Part shown: piece by piece, positions 18,086 through 27,534 of the stretch
How the letters are laid out: every line of letters starts with the position of its first letter
How positions within the stretch are numbered: position 1 is the first letter of the stretch
IMG/VR virus record: IMGVR_UViG_3300032030_000020
Span: 32,001 to 96,000 of that record
Origin: a virus
Lineage: Duplodnaviria > Caudoviricetes
DNA length: 64,000 bases
Reading direction: 5' to 3' (one strand)
The notes under the pieces: model-generated
Seen by the model: only the letters and a program-made list of their open reading frames with translations
What the model was told of the DNA's origin: nothing
Database searches by the model: none
Translations under genes and position numbers: made by a program

Positions 18086-18316
18086 ATGGCTGATTATCAT
18101 GTTGGCACGGGTGAAATAACAGGCAAAATCTATGCCGGCGTATTGACGAAAGATGGCAAATCATGGCGCAATCGTTCAATTGTGACAGATGAAGCAATCT
18201 GTGCTGTACGGGATCATCTCATTAATCAGATGGATCAAAACAAGCAAGACTGGTTTGGTTATGAATGGACGCGCAAAGACGGCAAAAAGATTGTACTGAG
18301 TATTGCTCTCAAATGA
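18086..18316 (+). CDS. Hypothetical protein
   Basis: RBS AAGGAG. Confidence 0.75.
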   Translation: MADYHVGTGEITGKIYAGVLTKDGKSWRNRSIVTDEAICAVRDHLINQMDQNKQDWFGYEWTRKDGKKIVLSIALK

Positions 18317-18390
18317 AACTTGCCGGAAGCTTAGCGTAATTTAAAGAAAGATATTAAATCAGATAGTCAAGGCTACCAGAAAGGGAAAAC

Positions 18391-18894
18391 ATGTATTCAG
18401 AATCTCAAACTAAGGTGAAAATGACCAGAAATTCAAATGGAGACACGAGACACGCAACGCATATCCCAACAATCTCTGAATTTAACAAAGCCAACGGATT
18501 GCATCGTTGTGATGTCGATAGACTTATAGAAAGATTCTGTGCTTTGCTTAAGAAGTCGTCCGAAATACATGATTGGTCAAAAGTTGAAGAACCGTATCGC
18601 AGTATGTTCTACCGTGACATGGTGGCAACAATGGAAGGCCGGATGCATTTCGAAGATGGTGAATGGTGCAAACTGCACTATGAAAAACTTGAACGTCATC
18701 ATCTTCTCAAGTATGTGCCGGATGATGTCGATTTGTTCGATGTGATTGAGATGGTTTGTGACTGCGTTGCCGCTGGAATGGCACGGAGCGGAGAAGTCAG
18801 GCCGCTTGAAATCTCTGACGGAGTATTCCAGAAAGCTCTGAAGAATACAGTCAAAATCCTTCAGAACGAAATCGAGCTGACGGATGATGATTGA
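18391..18894 (+). CDS. HD-superfamily (DUF5662-like) phosphohydrolase
   Basis: H...HDWSK...HY...RHH...DVIEMVCD. Confidence 0.65.
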   Translation: MYSESQTKVKMTRNSNGDTRHATHIPTISEFNKANGLHRCDVDRLIERFCALLKKSSEIHDWSKVEEPYRSMFYRDMVATMEGRMHFEDGEWCKLHYEKLERHHLLKYVPDDVDLFDVIEMVCDCVAAGMARSGEVRPLEISDGVFQKALKNTVKILQNEIELTDDD

Positions 18895-19217
18895 AAGACA
18901 TCAGGCGAGCCGTTAAGCTGAACCCTGTTTGTGTTCCGGAGTACGGCAGGAAATGAGTGAAACAGATATGCAAGATGACGGTATAGGCACTCGCCACCAC
19001 ATAATTTAAATACTATGATTTCGTCATAAAATGGCGAAAAACCAAGATTGCTATGGAAGGTGATAACGTGACAACTATATGCGCGGAATGCGGATATCAG
19101 CAATTATGCGAGGATCTTGGATACGAATTGGATTGTGATTGCAGGAATGAGTGTTCCCATTATGATTCTTTTCTGGAATGCGAGGAGTCAGACGAGATGA
19201 TAGTCTGAAAGAAATAG

Positions 19218-19484
19218 ATGAACAAAATAAATACCATACTAAGTCAAATCATCAGAGCGAAACGGGCAACCCCGGAAGACTGCGTATTGTTTATTAACCA
19301 AAGTTTATATAACGCAATGGAAGAAGCTGGGTTGGTCATCTGTTGGACCGAAAATCATCCCGGAGCAATATGGACGCATAGAAATATTTGTGGACTTCCT
19401 GTCGTAATCGACCCAAAAGTTGAACTTTTTTCTGTTGTACCACAGCGCGAAGCAAGAGAACGGATCAATTCAATTGTATTTTAG
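19218..19484 (+). CDS. Hypothetical protein
   Basis: ORF on the coding strand. Confidence 0.6.
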   Translation: MNKINTILSQIIRAKRATPEDCVLFINQSLYNAMEEAGLVICWTENHPGAIWTHRNICGLPVVIDPKVELFSVVPQREARERINSIVF

Positions 19485-19519
19485 GGTAGATAAAAGATCA
19501 AACAAACGGAGCAAAGAAA

Positions 19520-19921
19520 ATGATAGCAATAACAACAATGGACGCAATTCCTAATTTATGCTACGAATGTCCATGCCACGACGGAGAAAACGGGACGTGC
19601 AATGTAGACAAAGAACAACGATATATTTCAGAGTACAGGCCGTACTGGTGTCCACTGCAATCTGTTCAGAATAATCCCAACCCGTACACTAATTTGCAGC
19701 CATATACTCATACGCTACACGTAGACAGCAAGTTGGAACCTTGCCCGTTTTGTGGCAACGCAAAAACTTTAAAAATAGAAGAAGTTCACAACGTGCTCGA
19801 TGACGTTGAATATCTTCAGTTCAGAGTCGTATGTGATGCTTTGTATAAAGGTTGCGGTGGAGCAAGCGGATTCAAATCATCAAAAGAAAAGGCAATCAAA
19901 GCTTGGAACGAAAGGAAATAA
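19520..19921 (+). CDS. Lar-family restriction-alleviation protein fused to an N-terminal Cys domain
   Basis: LEPCPFCG...C...CG...KEKAIKAWN. Confidence 0.75.
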   Translation: MIAITTMDAIPNLCYECPCHDGENGTCNVDKEQRYISEYRPYWCPLQSVQNNPNPYTNLQPYTHTLHVDSKLEPCPFCGNAKTLKIEEVHNVLDDVEYLQFRVVCDALYKGCGGASGFKSSKEKAIKAWNERK

Positions 19922-19922
19922 G

Positions 19923-20117
19923 ATGGAACCAACTCAGAAACAATTGGATTTCATTAAAATCATAGAAGGATACGTTGTCGATAGATTTACTGGCAACACA
20001 AAGAAAGAAGCTTCCGAGTGGATTGATGCCCATTACGCAATGTATACCAAAACAAGAAAGCGCGAAGATGAAGAAATGAACTTCAATTCATGGGCATGGG
20101 AACACGGATATGACTAA
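19923..20117 (+). CDS. Hypothetical protein
   Basis: MEPTQKQLDFI...TKKEASEWI; RBS AAGGA. Confidence 0.7.
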   Translation: MEPTQKQLDFIKIIEGYVVDRFTGNTKKEASEWIDAHYAMYTKTRKREDEEMNFNSWAWEHGYD

Positions 20118-20186
20118 GAACAATCAAACTAATTCGCCAACAGCGGTGAAAAGCTGTCGGAAAAATAACATCTGAGGAGACGCAGA

Positions 20187-20453
20187 ATGAAAACGAAAGT
20201 ATTTCTCGATAAGTATGACGTTCAGCAAATCGTGGCAAAGCACTACAACGTGGAACCCAAAAGCGTTGATATGCACTTGTTCATGGAAACAGTAGGATAT
20301 GGCCTGGGTGAACACGATGAACCATCAATCGAAGTTGTTGTCACAACTGGTGAAGAGACGTCAGACGACAAATGTCCGTGCGACGGCTGCGAAAACAATG
20401 ACCGAACTGTATGCACATGCGACAAACTTGATCGGTACATGAACAACAAGTAA
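20187..20453 (+). CDS. Hypothetical protein
   Basis: RBS GAGGAG. Confidence 0.7.
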   Translation: MKTKVFLDKYDVQQIVAKHYNVEPKSVDMHLFMETVGYGLGEHDEPSIEVVVTTGEETSDDKCPCDGCENNDRTVCTCDKLDRYMNNK

Positions 20454-20467
20454 ATGGAGAAATAAAA

Positions 20468-21505
20468 ATGTGGTGGTTTCTGCAACTAATTGAAGTCGTA
20501 TTTGGCATTCCGATTGGATTGATCTGGTGGAACTACATAATTGCACCAGGCAAATCCGTAAGAGAAGGACTGCTAGATTATATTCACGAATCGGACGACG
20601 ACATTTAGGAGAATATATGCACATATTCGAAGCTTATAACATAACGGATATCTTGAACTTTTTAAAAGAAACCAGACCTTCGTATTGGGAACTTGACACA
20701 CGAAAGGCTATTGACACATTACAAAAAATCTACGTACTTAGATGGAAGGAATAATTATGAAGAAAAGCAATGTGCTCAAATGGTACTTAGGATATAACAA
20801 AGCCGTTGATCTCCGTGGGCATTCGAAATACAGGACTCGAAAAAAGAATATCCACAGAGTAAACAGAATGAAAGACAAAGCGTTCAGGAGATGGGGATAC
20901 TTCCCTTTCCCGCCTGAGTGGGATACAAAAACAGGAGAATAAAATGACGGAAGAACAATGTAAGAAATGTATGTACGATGCTCCATATTTATGGTGCTGC
21001 AAACGTGAGTGTGGTCAGCACGAAATATGCCGTAAATGTGAAGCAAAGAGCAAAGGGTATCGTTCAGACAGCGAGCCGTGCTCCTGAAGAAAGAAGATAT
21101 GTCTATGCCGACCAGAAAAGAAATATACGATTGGATTAAAGCACACGACGCTTACGAGTGGAATGCAAACCGGATAGCGAAAGAAATGCTGCTTGAAGCC
21201 ATAGAAAATACGGCGTTTGCAGAGTGGGCATACCCCGGGCTCAAAGAGAAGATAAAGCAAGTTATCATAAATACGGAGCTTCCAGACGAAACATCGGAAA
21301 GGAACGAACAATGACCTGGGAAGAATATCAGAAGGTTAATCCTTGGAATATACTGGAACTTAATAACTCCAACAAAGAGAAGACAGATATTATTTGCCCA
21401 AAATGTGGCAAACCCGTCTATGTAAGGACGGACATTATTAAGACTTCTTACCCGCCGAAACGTCAATACGAATGCGACTGCGGATGGGTAGACTATTCAT
21501 ACTGA
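20468..21505 (+). other. Run of six very small hypothetical ORFs (20468-20608, 20617-20754, 20757-20942, 20944-21087, ~21099-21314, 21311-21505)
   Basis: Tightly packed, most with AGGAG-type RBS; the last is a zinc ribbon. Confidence 0.55.
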
Positions 21506-21544
21506 TATTACGGCCGACAAAATATAATAGAAAGGAAAAAGACT

Positions 21545-21826
21545 ATGAATAAGAATGAATTGATTGAGAAACTGAAGTACAAAACCAAGGCTCCTATTAC
21601 CACGGCTGATGTAGAGCGCATCGTCGTTGGGTTCATGGATGAAGTTAAGAACGCCGTTGCGTCCGGCGACAGTGTGCAGCTTGTAGGATTCGGCACGTTC
21701 GAAGCCCGTGAAAGGGCTGCTCGCGAAGCAAGGAATCCGCAGACCGGAGAAATTCTGAAAATTGCCGCTAAGAAGGTTCCTGCCTTCAAACCCGGCAAGG
21801 CTTTCAAGGACATCGTTAACAAGTAA
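21545..21826 (+). CDS. hup: HU family DNA-binding protein
   Basis: MNKNELI...VQLVGFGTFE.RERAAR..RNPQTGE...PAFKPGK. Confidence 0.95.
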   Translation: MNKNELIEKLKYKTKAPITTADVERIVVGFMDEVKNAVASGDSVQLVGFGTFEARERAAREARNPQTGEILKIAAKKVPAFKPGKAFKDIVNK

Positions 21827-21854
21827 GGAATAAATTTTGTCGGCTTTAATATAC

Positions 21855-21879
21855 GCCCCGTCTTCGGACGGGGTTTTTG
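21855..21879 (+). terminator. Intrinsic terminator
   Basis: GCCCCGTC-TTCG-GACGGGGT-TTTT. Confidence 0.85.
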
Positions 21880-21940
21880 CAATTGCGCGTAAGCATTAAT
21901 GCCGAGTCCGCAACTCGGCGTTGTAGAAAGGAAAAATAAT

Positions 21941-22480
21941 ATGAAAAACAGACATTCAGTATTTACATTGGCGTATCGCAAAAGCTATTACATTCTCCGG
22001 CCGTGGAAACTCATCCACGAAACATATTGGAACATCCGCAACTTTATCCATCGCGGAAGGTACGGTTTTGCCTATGTCGACACATGGAACTGGAACAACT
22101 GGTGGGCAGAAATCGGAGCTGAAGCTCTGAGATACATGGCAAAACATGGCAATGCCTACCCTGGAGTCAAGCCTTACGATACGCCTGAGATTTGGCGCAG
22201 ACATCTATTGGAGACGGCCGAGAAGTTAGAATGGTGTTCCAAGTCGATGGAAGAAACATCTAACGAGTATCAGAAAGAATTCACGGAGATGTGCGACCGG
22301 TGCACGGTGCATGAAACAGACGGAGCTTTTATGACATCCCGTTTGGAAATGACAGAAAAAGACAAAGAGATAAGAGATAAATATTTTAAAAGAGAAGAAG
22401 AATTGCAGAAAGAAAATCAGGAAAGGAGAGCTGAGATTCTGGCCGAGATCGGCAGGAATTTCGAGATGTACTGGGACTGA
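21941..22480 (+). CDS. Hypothetical protein
   Basis: RBS AAAGGA; ends in the YWD motif common in phage ORFs. Confidence 0.75.
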   Translation: MKNRHSVFTLAYRKSYYILRPWKLIHETYWNIRNFIHRGRYGFAYVDTWNWNNWWAEIGAEALRYMAKHGNAYPGVKPYDTPEIWRRHLLETAEKLEWCSKSMEETSNEYQKEFTEMCDRCTVHETDGAFMTSRLEMTEKDKEIRDKYFKREEELQKENQERRAEILAEIGRNFEMYWD

Positions 22481-22702
22481 ATGAAAAGAGAAATTAAGAT
22501 TATTAGATGTGATCGCTGCGGAAAAAGAGTAAGCGAATCAGAACACGCTATAATTACAATTAGAAGGCCCGGATGCAATTATTCCGATCTATACGATATA
22601 TGCAAAGACTGTGTAAACTTCTTTGAGTCGGAAATGAAATATAAAGAAAGAGTAAAAGAGTTTTTCTGCGATCTTTCAGAAGAAGAATTAATCAAGGAGT
22701 AA
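22481..22702 (+). CDS. Zinc-finger hypothetical protein
   Basis: CDRCGK...DICKDC. Confidence 0.7.
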   Translation: MKREIKIIRCDRCGKRVSESEHAIITIRRPGCNYSDLYDICKDCVNFFESEMKYKERVKEFFCDLSEEELIKE

Positions 22703-22705
22703 ACT

Positions 22706-23109
22706 ATGAACGGAATGACAGAGTTTATAAAATTTTGTATGCGGCAAAATATAAAAGACCTGTACGCAAAGAACGAAGACGGAGAATATATTTTGCTGCC
22801 GTTTACACTTTCATATGAAGAACGAAGCGGAGACGAGTACGGCACCGAATTTTACGCACCAAAGAAAGAAGAAACTACTTTCACTCAAAAATCTAGCAAG
22901 AACACTCCTGATTCAAGAAAGTCGCCTGAATGTCATAACGCTCAAAAAATCTTATAGGCCAGTGGCGTGGAAGAGACGTAACGTGCGAACCAGACGGCAG
23001 GGTAATTTTCCACTTCAACGACACAACAGAAGCCGATGATTTCTTGAATGCCCTTGAAGCTAAATGGAGAATTGAGCCATTTATATTGCAAAGAAAGGAA
23101 AAAAGATGA
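22706..23109 (+). pseudogene. Hypothetical gene with apparent frameshift at the A6 run (22944-22949)
   Basis: First frame stops at 22957; the -1 frame is open to TGA 23109, which overlaps the next ATG. Confidence 0.55.
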
Positions 23110-23303
23110 ACGAACTATACAAATGGTTTCACGACGACATAACATGGTGCGGCAACGAATGCTCCTACACGAAGTGCGAACGAAATCAAGCAAATCGCTT
23201 GAATAAGACAGGAGTGTTCTCAGTCTCAATGTTTCAGGACACGGAGATGTGTCCGCTATACGAAAGAAGGGAAGACGAATGCCAAAAGAACTCGAACTCC
23301 TGA
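23106..23303 (+). CDS. Cys-rich hypothetical protein
   Basis: DITWC...C...CER...CP. Confidence 0.7.
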   Translation: MNELYKWFHDDITWCGNECSYTKCERNQANRLNKTGVFSVSMFQDTEMCPLYERREDECQKNSNS

Positions 23304-23860
23304 AGGAATGGAAAGAAAGATTAGGTTTATATGATTGGACGATAGAGCTTATGTCCAACGTTAACCCTGACGATCTGGACGAAGACGCCGACGGAGATGT
23401 GGAATACATCGAATCAACAAAGTGCGCCGTGATTAAAATTGTAGATCCAAAGTTAAGGAAAGCAGCACTGAGAAAGTTTAACTTTGAGTTATGTCTGGTA
23501 CATGAACTTCTGCATTGCAAGCTCTCTCTGTTGGTGGACGGAGAAGACTGGGAAATTGGTTTCCAGCCCAGGTATCTTCATCAGATCGTCGACGACCTTG
23601 CGCGAGCTTTTGTTGCTGCAAAATATGATTCTATAACAGAAAACACAATCAATTACGAAGACGTTATCGAATGTGCGATGGAAGAAGAGAAGCCAACAGA
23701 AGCAAAGAGCAAAGGTGAAGCTGTCTGGGTGCGTTATCCAAATGCTAAAGACATCAGAGTGTGTTCCAAGTGCGGCCGTGCAATTGTCGTGAACGGCAAA
23801 AGCCATGACTACTGCGAAGGTTGTGGATCAAAAATGACAGGGTGCATAAATGGAGAATGA
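23279..23860 (+). CDS. HExxH metallopeptidase-like protein with C-terminal zinc ribbon
   Basis: W...LGL.DW; LVHELLH; CSKCG...CEGCG. Confidence 0.7.
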   Translation: MPKELELLKEWKERLGLYDWTIELMSNVNPDDLDEDADGDVEYIESTKCAVIKIVDPKLRKAALRKFNFELCLVHELLHCKLSLLVDGEDWEIGFQPRYLHQIVDDLARAFVAAKYDSITENTINYEDVIECAMEEEKPTEAKSKGEAVWVRYPNAKDIRVCSKCGRAIVVNGKSHDYCEGCGSKMTGCINGE

Positions 23861-24332
23861 TATGAAAAAGATAATATCGATGATATTGATTCTCGCTCTT
23901 TCCTTTACCGTCTCTTACGCCGAAGAACCTGAAGAGATCGACTGCTGGGTGATGTGCCAGCCAGACTCTTGGGTATACGCAAGGCTCAATCCAAACAAGA
24001 ACTCTATGGAGATCGGCAGATTGGAATGCGGAGATCACATCTACACCGATGGAAAAGAAAAGAACGGATTCCTGCATGTATATGTGTTATTTGAATACGG
24101 AGAAGGATGGGTACACAAAGGCTACATCGTGTACGACGAGCCGCAGAAACCTGTCTTTCAGGAAACAACAATTCAATCCAACGGCCGAGTAAAAGCAAGA
24201 AAGACAATCGGCGGCAAAAGAAGATGCTGGTTAAAAGACGAACAGAAGATCAAGGTTTATATGTACTCTGAAGAATGGGCTGTAACCAATAAAGGATTTG
24301 TGCAGACCAAATTCATAGATCTTGGCAAATAA
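23850..24332 (+). CDS. Secreted protein with two SH3b domains
   Basis: MKKIISMILILALSFTVSYA signal peptide; two R...G(W/F)V units. Confidence 0.75.
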   Translation: MENDMKKIISMILILALSFTVSYAEEPEEIDCWVMCQPDSWVYARLNPNKNSMEIGRLECGDHIYTDGKEKNGFLHVYVLFEYGEGWVHKGYIVYDEPQKPVFQETTIQSNGRVKARKTIGGKRRCWLKDEQKIKVYMYSEEWAVTNKGFVQTKFIDLGK

Positions 24333-24336
24333 AAAA

Positions 24337-24391
24337 AGGCTACATCGTAGCCTAAAAAAATAGGATACGGCAATACACCGTATCCTTTTTT
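24337..24391. terminator. Two hairpins at the convergence of the early and late arms
   Basis: AGGCTAC/GTAGCCT and AGGATACGG/CCGTATCCT, flanked by A and T runs. Confidence 0.85.
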
Positions 24392-25061
24392 ATTCCACTC
24401 TGGAAAATTCACCTGAAATCCAACCGACCTGTTTTGGCAATTTGACAGCGTGCCAGCCGTTTTCTGACGTAGCAACCCATTCGTAAGAACTCCCAGAATT
24501 TGCTTGAGAAATTCGTGCAAATCCCTTGCCGTTTCCAAGACGGATATTTACTCGATCGGCTGTCACGACAACGTATTTTGACGATTTTCCCCCAGAAAAT
24601 CTGGTATAGAATTGGAAACCGTACTCGGCCCGTCTTTGTTTCATTGTTTCACTCATGTTGGCGGGACGTTCATACTTTGCCATAATCACGTCCGAGCATG
24701 TGCGAATGTTGACAGCGTTGACAATAGCCGACCATACCATCTTGTATTTGTTGGAGAGTTCGTCTATCAGATAACTCAACTGAAGGTTGAGATCACCGAC
24801 AGACTTGCCTTTGGATTTGGCTAGGTTTAGAAGTCCTTCTTTACGGACGTAGAAGCACCACTGAGCCAGCCCAAAGGCGTGCCCGTCGTGTACAAAATCA
24901 TTTGTTCCAGAATCCGATTTAGAAATATAATCTGGATCTTTAATTCCAGTTACACACTTTGGGTTTAGCGAACTCTCAGCCATCAGGTTTCCCATCAAAG
25001 CAGCGGTCCCAAATTCGTTTTTCGTATAGGATTGGATATAATCCCAGATCTGTTTGTCCAT
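24390..25061 (-). CDS. Phage tail lysozyme (Phage_lysozyme2-like) domain plus SH3b; endolysin
   Basis: ALMGNLMAESSLNP, FGLAQW, YERPA; C-terminal VNIR...GWIS. Confidence 0.85.
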   Translation of the reverse strand: MDKQIWDYIQSYTKNEFGTAALMGNLMAESSLNPKCVTGIKDPDYISKSDSGTNDFVHDGHAFGLAQWCFYVRKEGLLNLAKSKGKSVGDLNLQLSYLIDELSNKYKMVWSAIVNAVNIRTCSDVIMAKYERPANMSETMKQRRAEYGFQFYTRFSGGKSSKYVVVTADRVNIRLGNGKGFARISQANSGSSYEWVATSENGWHAVKLPKQVGWISGEFSRVE

Positions 25062-25435
25062 CAGATCTCATCCTTATGCACAACAGCGTTGGAAACATAC
25101 TGTTTGACGGCCGTGTTGTTCTTGAAGAGTTCCTTAAACTTAACCAATACTTCGTCTACGAGGAAGCTGAAGTATTCAAATGAAACGAACTTCACAAGAT
25201 AAGGAAACTTCGTAACAAACATGTCGTATACATACCGAAGTTTCAATTGACCTGTGCCGCTGCCAAGTTCCTTTTCTGCTTCAGTAACTGCGTATAACAG
25301 CCACTCCTTAATCTTGGTGATCTGTGATTCATGTGGAAGCTTGAAGAATTTCACAATTAAACAAATCACGACTGCTGCAGCCGCCATTCCGAGTAAAAGA
25401 ATATACCAGTTTTCAGCAATGAATTTCATAGTCAT
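25061..25435 (-). CDS. Holin-like protein
   Basis: N-terminal TM; WLLYAVTEAEKELGSGTGQLK; lies between the two hydrolases. Confidence 0.75.
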   Translation of the reverse strand: MTMKFIAENWYILLLGMAAAAVVICLIVKFFKLPHESQITKIKEWLLYAVTEAEKELGSGTGQLKLRYVYDMFVTKFPYLVKFVSFEYFSFLVDEVLVKFKELFKNNTAVKQYVSNAVVHKDEI

Positions 25436-25441
25436 TCCCCC

Positions 25442-26236
25442 TTAATATTTGCCTTTACCATCGCCCACGATGTCAAGGAACTCAGCCTTCATATACCAGC
25501 CTTCTCTGCGGCCGCCATTGATCTTGGCCCACTTCTCTCCGGGTTCTACAATAGTGACTTCTGTACCCACAGGTAGCTTGTCCCACGTGCTGCAGCTCGT
25601 AGAAGGATACTGCCGCATCTTGACGGGGCTGCCGTTGTCGGATACCACTATTGCTTTGATTCCGGCATAGGGAATAGGATCAGGCGGGACAGGAGTCGGT
25701 GCTTTGCTTGCCGCGTTGACAATAGGTTTGATCTTGGCATGATAGTTCCAAGGACTCTTTGAGTTTTGGCTAAGGCCTGTGTCAACTTTCATGTGGGGAG
25801 ATGTCATATGCGTAATCCTTAAAGGATTAACGCTTGTTACAACTCCAACATGATAATAATCTTTGAGATCTCCGTTGTAATAAGCTCCGCTGTGTTTATA
25901 ACGGGAAGGAAGGTCGTACTTATGAGAGAACGTGCCGCCGTTTAAAGGTTTAGGGCCTATACCATCAGGTCCTACGCCTTTGTAAACAGCGTCGCCAAGC
26001 TCAAGCTGGGAGATACTTTCAATGTACTTGAGCTCGACAGACTCTCTTCGTGCAGCCCAGTTGGACCCGTGAATGCCCGTCCACTTCAACCCCATTCTAC
26101 GAACTGCACCGATGATTAAACCGATGCAATCGCATACTCCATTAGAGCCGTCTCCCGGCTGTTTATAAGCAGGGTTGAGACTCTTGATCTTTTGTACCAT
26201 TTCGAGAAACTTTTTGATGAGTTCAGAATACGTCAT
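25442..26236 (-). CDS. NlpC/P60-like peptidoglycan hydrolase plus SH3b
   Basis: DCIGL...HVG...H; C-terminal SH3. Confidence 0.8.
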   Translation of the reverse strand: MTYSELIKKFLEMVQKIKSLNPAYKQPGDGSNGVCDCIGLIIGAVRRMGLKWTGIHGSNWAARRESVELKYIESISQLELGDAVYKGVGPDGIGPKPLNGGTFSHKYDLPSRYKHSGAYYNGDLKDYYHVGVVTSVNPLRITHMTSPHMKVDTGLSQNSKSPWNYHAKIKPIVNAASKAPTPVPPDPIPYAGIKAIVVSDNGSPVKMRQYPSTSCSTWDKLPVGTEVTIVEPGEKWAKINGGRREGWYMKAEFLDIVGDGKGKY

Positions 26237-26541
26237 CCGTTATCACCGTCTTCTTCGTCTTTGGAAGTAGATATTTTGCTGTTGCCGATTTTGAGTTCAA
26301 GTTCTGTTTTAGCGATCATTGCATATAGCATCTTTTCCAGCTTACTATTAGATGTGTAATGATAGATATTGATAATCATCACTACAGAAACAATTAGCGC
26401 CATGTAAACAGAAAACAAAGCTGATTCCGGCACCAAATACAGCAGGACGCTAAGCCATGCCATATAAAGGAACCAGAACACAGATGTCCAGCGAGCAAGT
26501 TTCTTGGAAAATTGCTGCCGTGGATCAACCGGTTTATCCAT
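26233..26541 (-). CDS. Two-TM membrane protein (lysis module)
   Basis: Two hydrophobic helices after QFSKK. Confidence 0.7.
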   Translation of the reverse strand: MDKPVDPRQQFSKKLARWTSVFWFLYMAWLSVLLYLVPESALFSVYMALIVSVVMIINIYHYTSNSKLEKMLYAMIAKTELELKIGNSKISTSKDEEDGDNG

Positions 26542-26545
26542 GTCG

Positions 26546-26839
26546 TCACGCCCCTAATTTAGTTTTAGATAGAATGTCGGATTCTCGAAACAAGACTTCG
26601 CCGTGTGGATAGGTTAAAGCTCTGGAATAGAGAAGGTATTCGTATAGGTGATATTCCGGCCACAAAATTTTGTAGACAGGGTCTTTGTAGACACATGGAT
26701 CTGTGTTTGCAAGGAAATAACCGTCTGGTATAATTACTGGACGGCCATCAATATAATCCTTGCTTTGCCCTTGCATGTCTTCCAAGCGATAGGCAATAAT
26801 GTAACTGTTTAAAGACATGGGACCACCCCAGTTACTCAC
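26546..26839 (-). CDS. Hypothetical protein
   Basis: Operon packing. Confidence 0.6.
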   Translation of the reverse strand: MSNWGGPMSLNSYIIAYRLEDMQGQSKDYIDGRPVIIPDGYFLANTDPCVYKDPVYKILWPEYHLYEYLLYSRALTYPHGEVLFRESDILSKTKLGA

Positions 26840-27449
26840 CTAAGAACTTGTTGTTTAGATTACACTCGTCGTATACGTGTTCGATGTACTTGAAGTCATG
26901 TTTGTATACGTTGTTTTCCCAATGATACTTCTCAACCAAACTCTCGTAGATTTTTGCTTCTTCGAAAAGATTTTTGAAGTCTTCTCGACTGTGTGGCTCG
27001 CCTTTTCTGCATTGTCTTGCGAAATTCAAGACGTGATTCTTTATTCTGGCGGCTGCAAGCTTGTCAAGTCTTTCTTCGGTTTCCTTTTGCTTTTCATCCA
27101 GAATGTCGAAACGTTTTTCAAGATCCACAAACCCTGCTTTAACGGCAGCACAGTTGGAGCTCTGAGACGTCGCCATTTCACTTAGCTTGCTATCAAAAGA
27201 AGTCGTCATGCCGGTAAGTTTTGTATCGATTTCAGATTTCATTTCAAGTACAATATTTTTGAAAGATTGGGTACGTTGTTCATCTATCTTTCTAAAAGGG
27301 AAGGATATACACTTCCACAACCATTTTAATGGATAGACTTTGATTTTTGATATCTCAAAAAAGAGACAAAATAAGAATAAACCGATCCCGATGGAAAGCG
27401 GAATGTTATCCGCAATCCATTGGCCGACCGGCTTTACAAGATCATTCAT
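26832..27449 (-). CDS. Membrane-anchored coiled-coil protein, holin-associated
   Basis: TM then EISKIKVYP; RI...LNFA...HSREDF...YE...NN. Confidence 0.75.
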   Translation of the reverse strand: MNDLVKPVGQWIADNIPLSIGIGLFLFCLFFEISKIKVYPLKWLWKCISFPFRKIDEQRTQSFKNIVLEMKSEIDTKLTGMTTSFDSKLSEMATSQSSNCAAVKAGFVDLEKRFDILDEKQKETEERLDKLAAARIKNHVLNFARQCRKGEPHSREDFKNLFEEAKIYESLVEKYHWENNVYKHDFKYIEHVYDECNLNNKFLGE

Positions 27450-27534
27450 AGTAATACACCTCGCTCAAAAAGTAAAAAGAGAGCGAGACTGCGTATCGAA
27501 AGAATTATCTCAAATAGTTTCGCTCTAAAAATAA

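Noticed and set aside
24117-24348. 14-bp direct repeat AAAGGCTACATCGT as a target-site duplication
   Set aside because: No mobile element lies between the copies; one is coding and the other is part of a terminator hairpin
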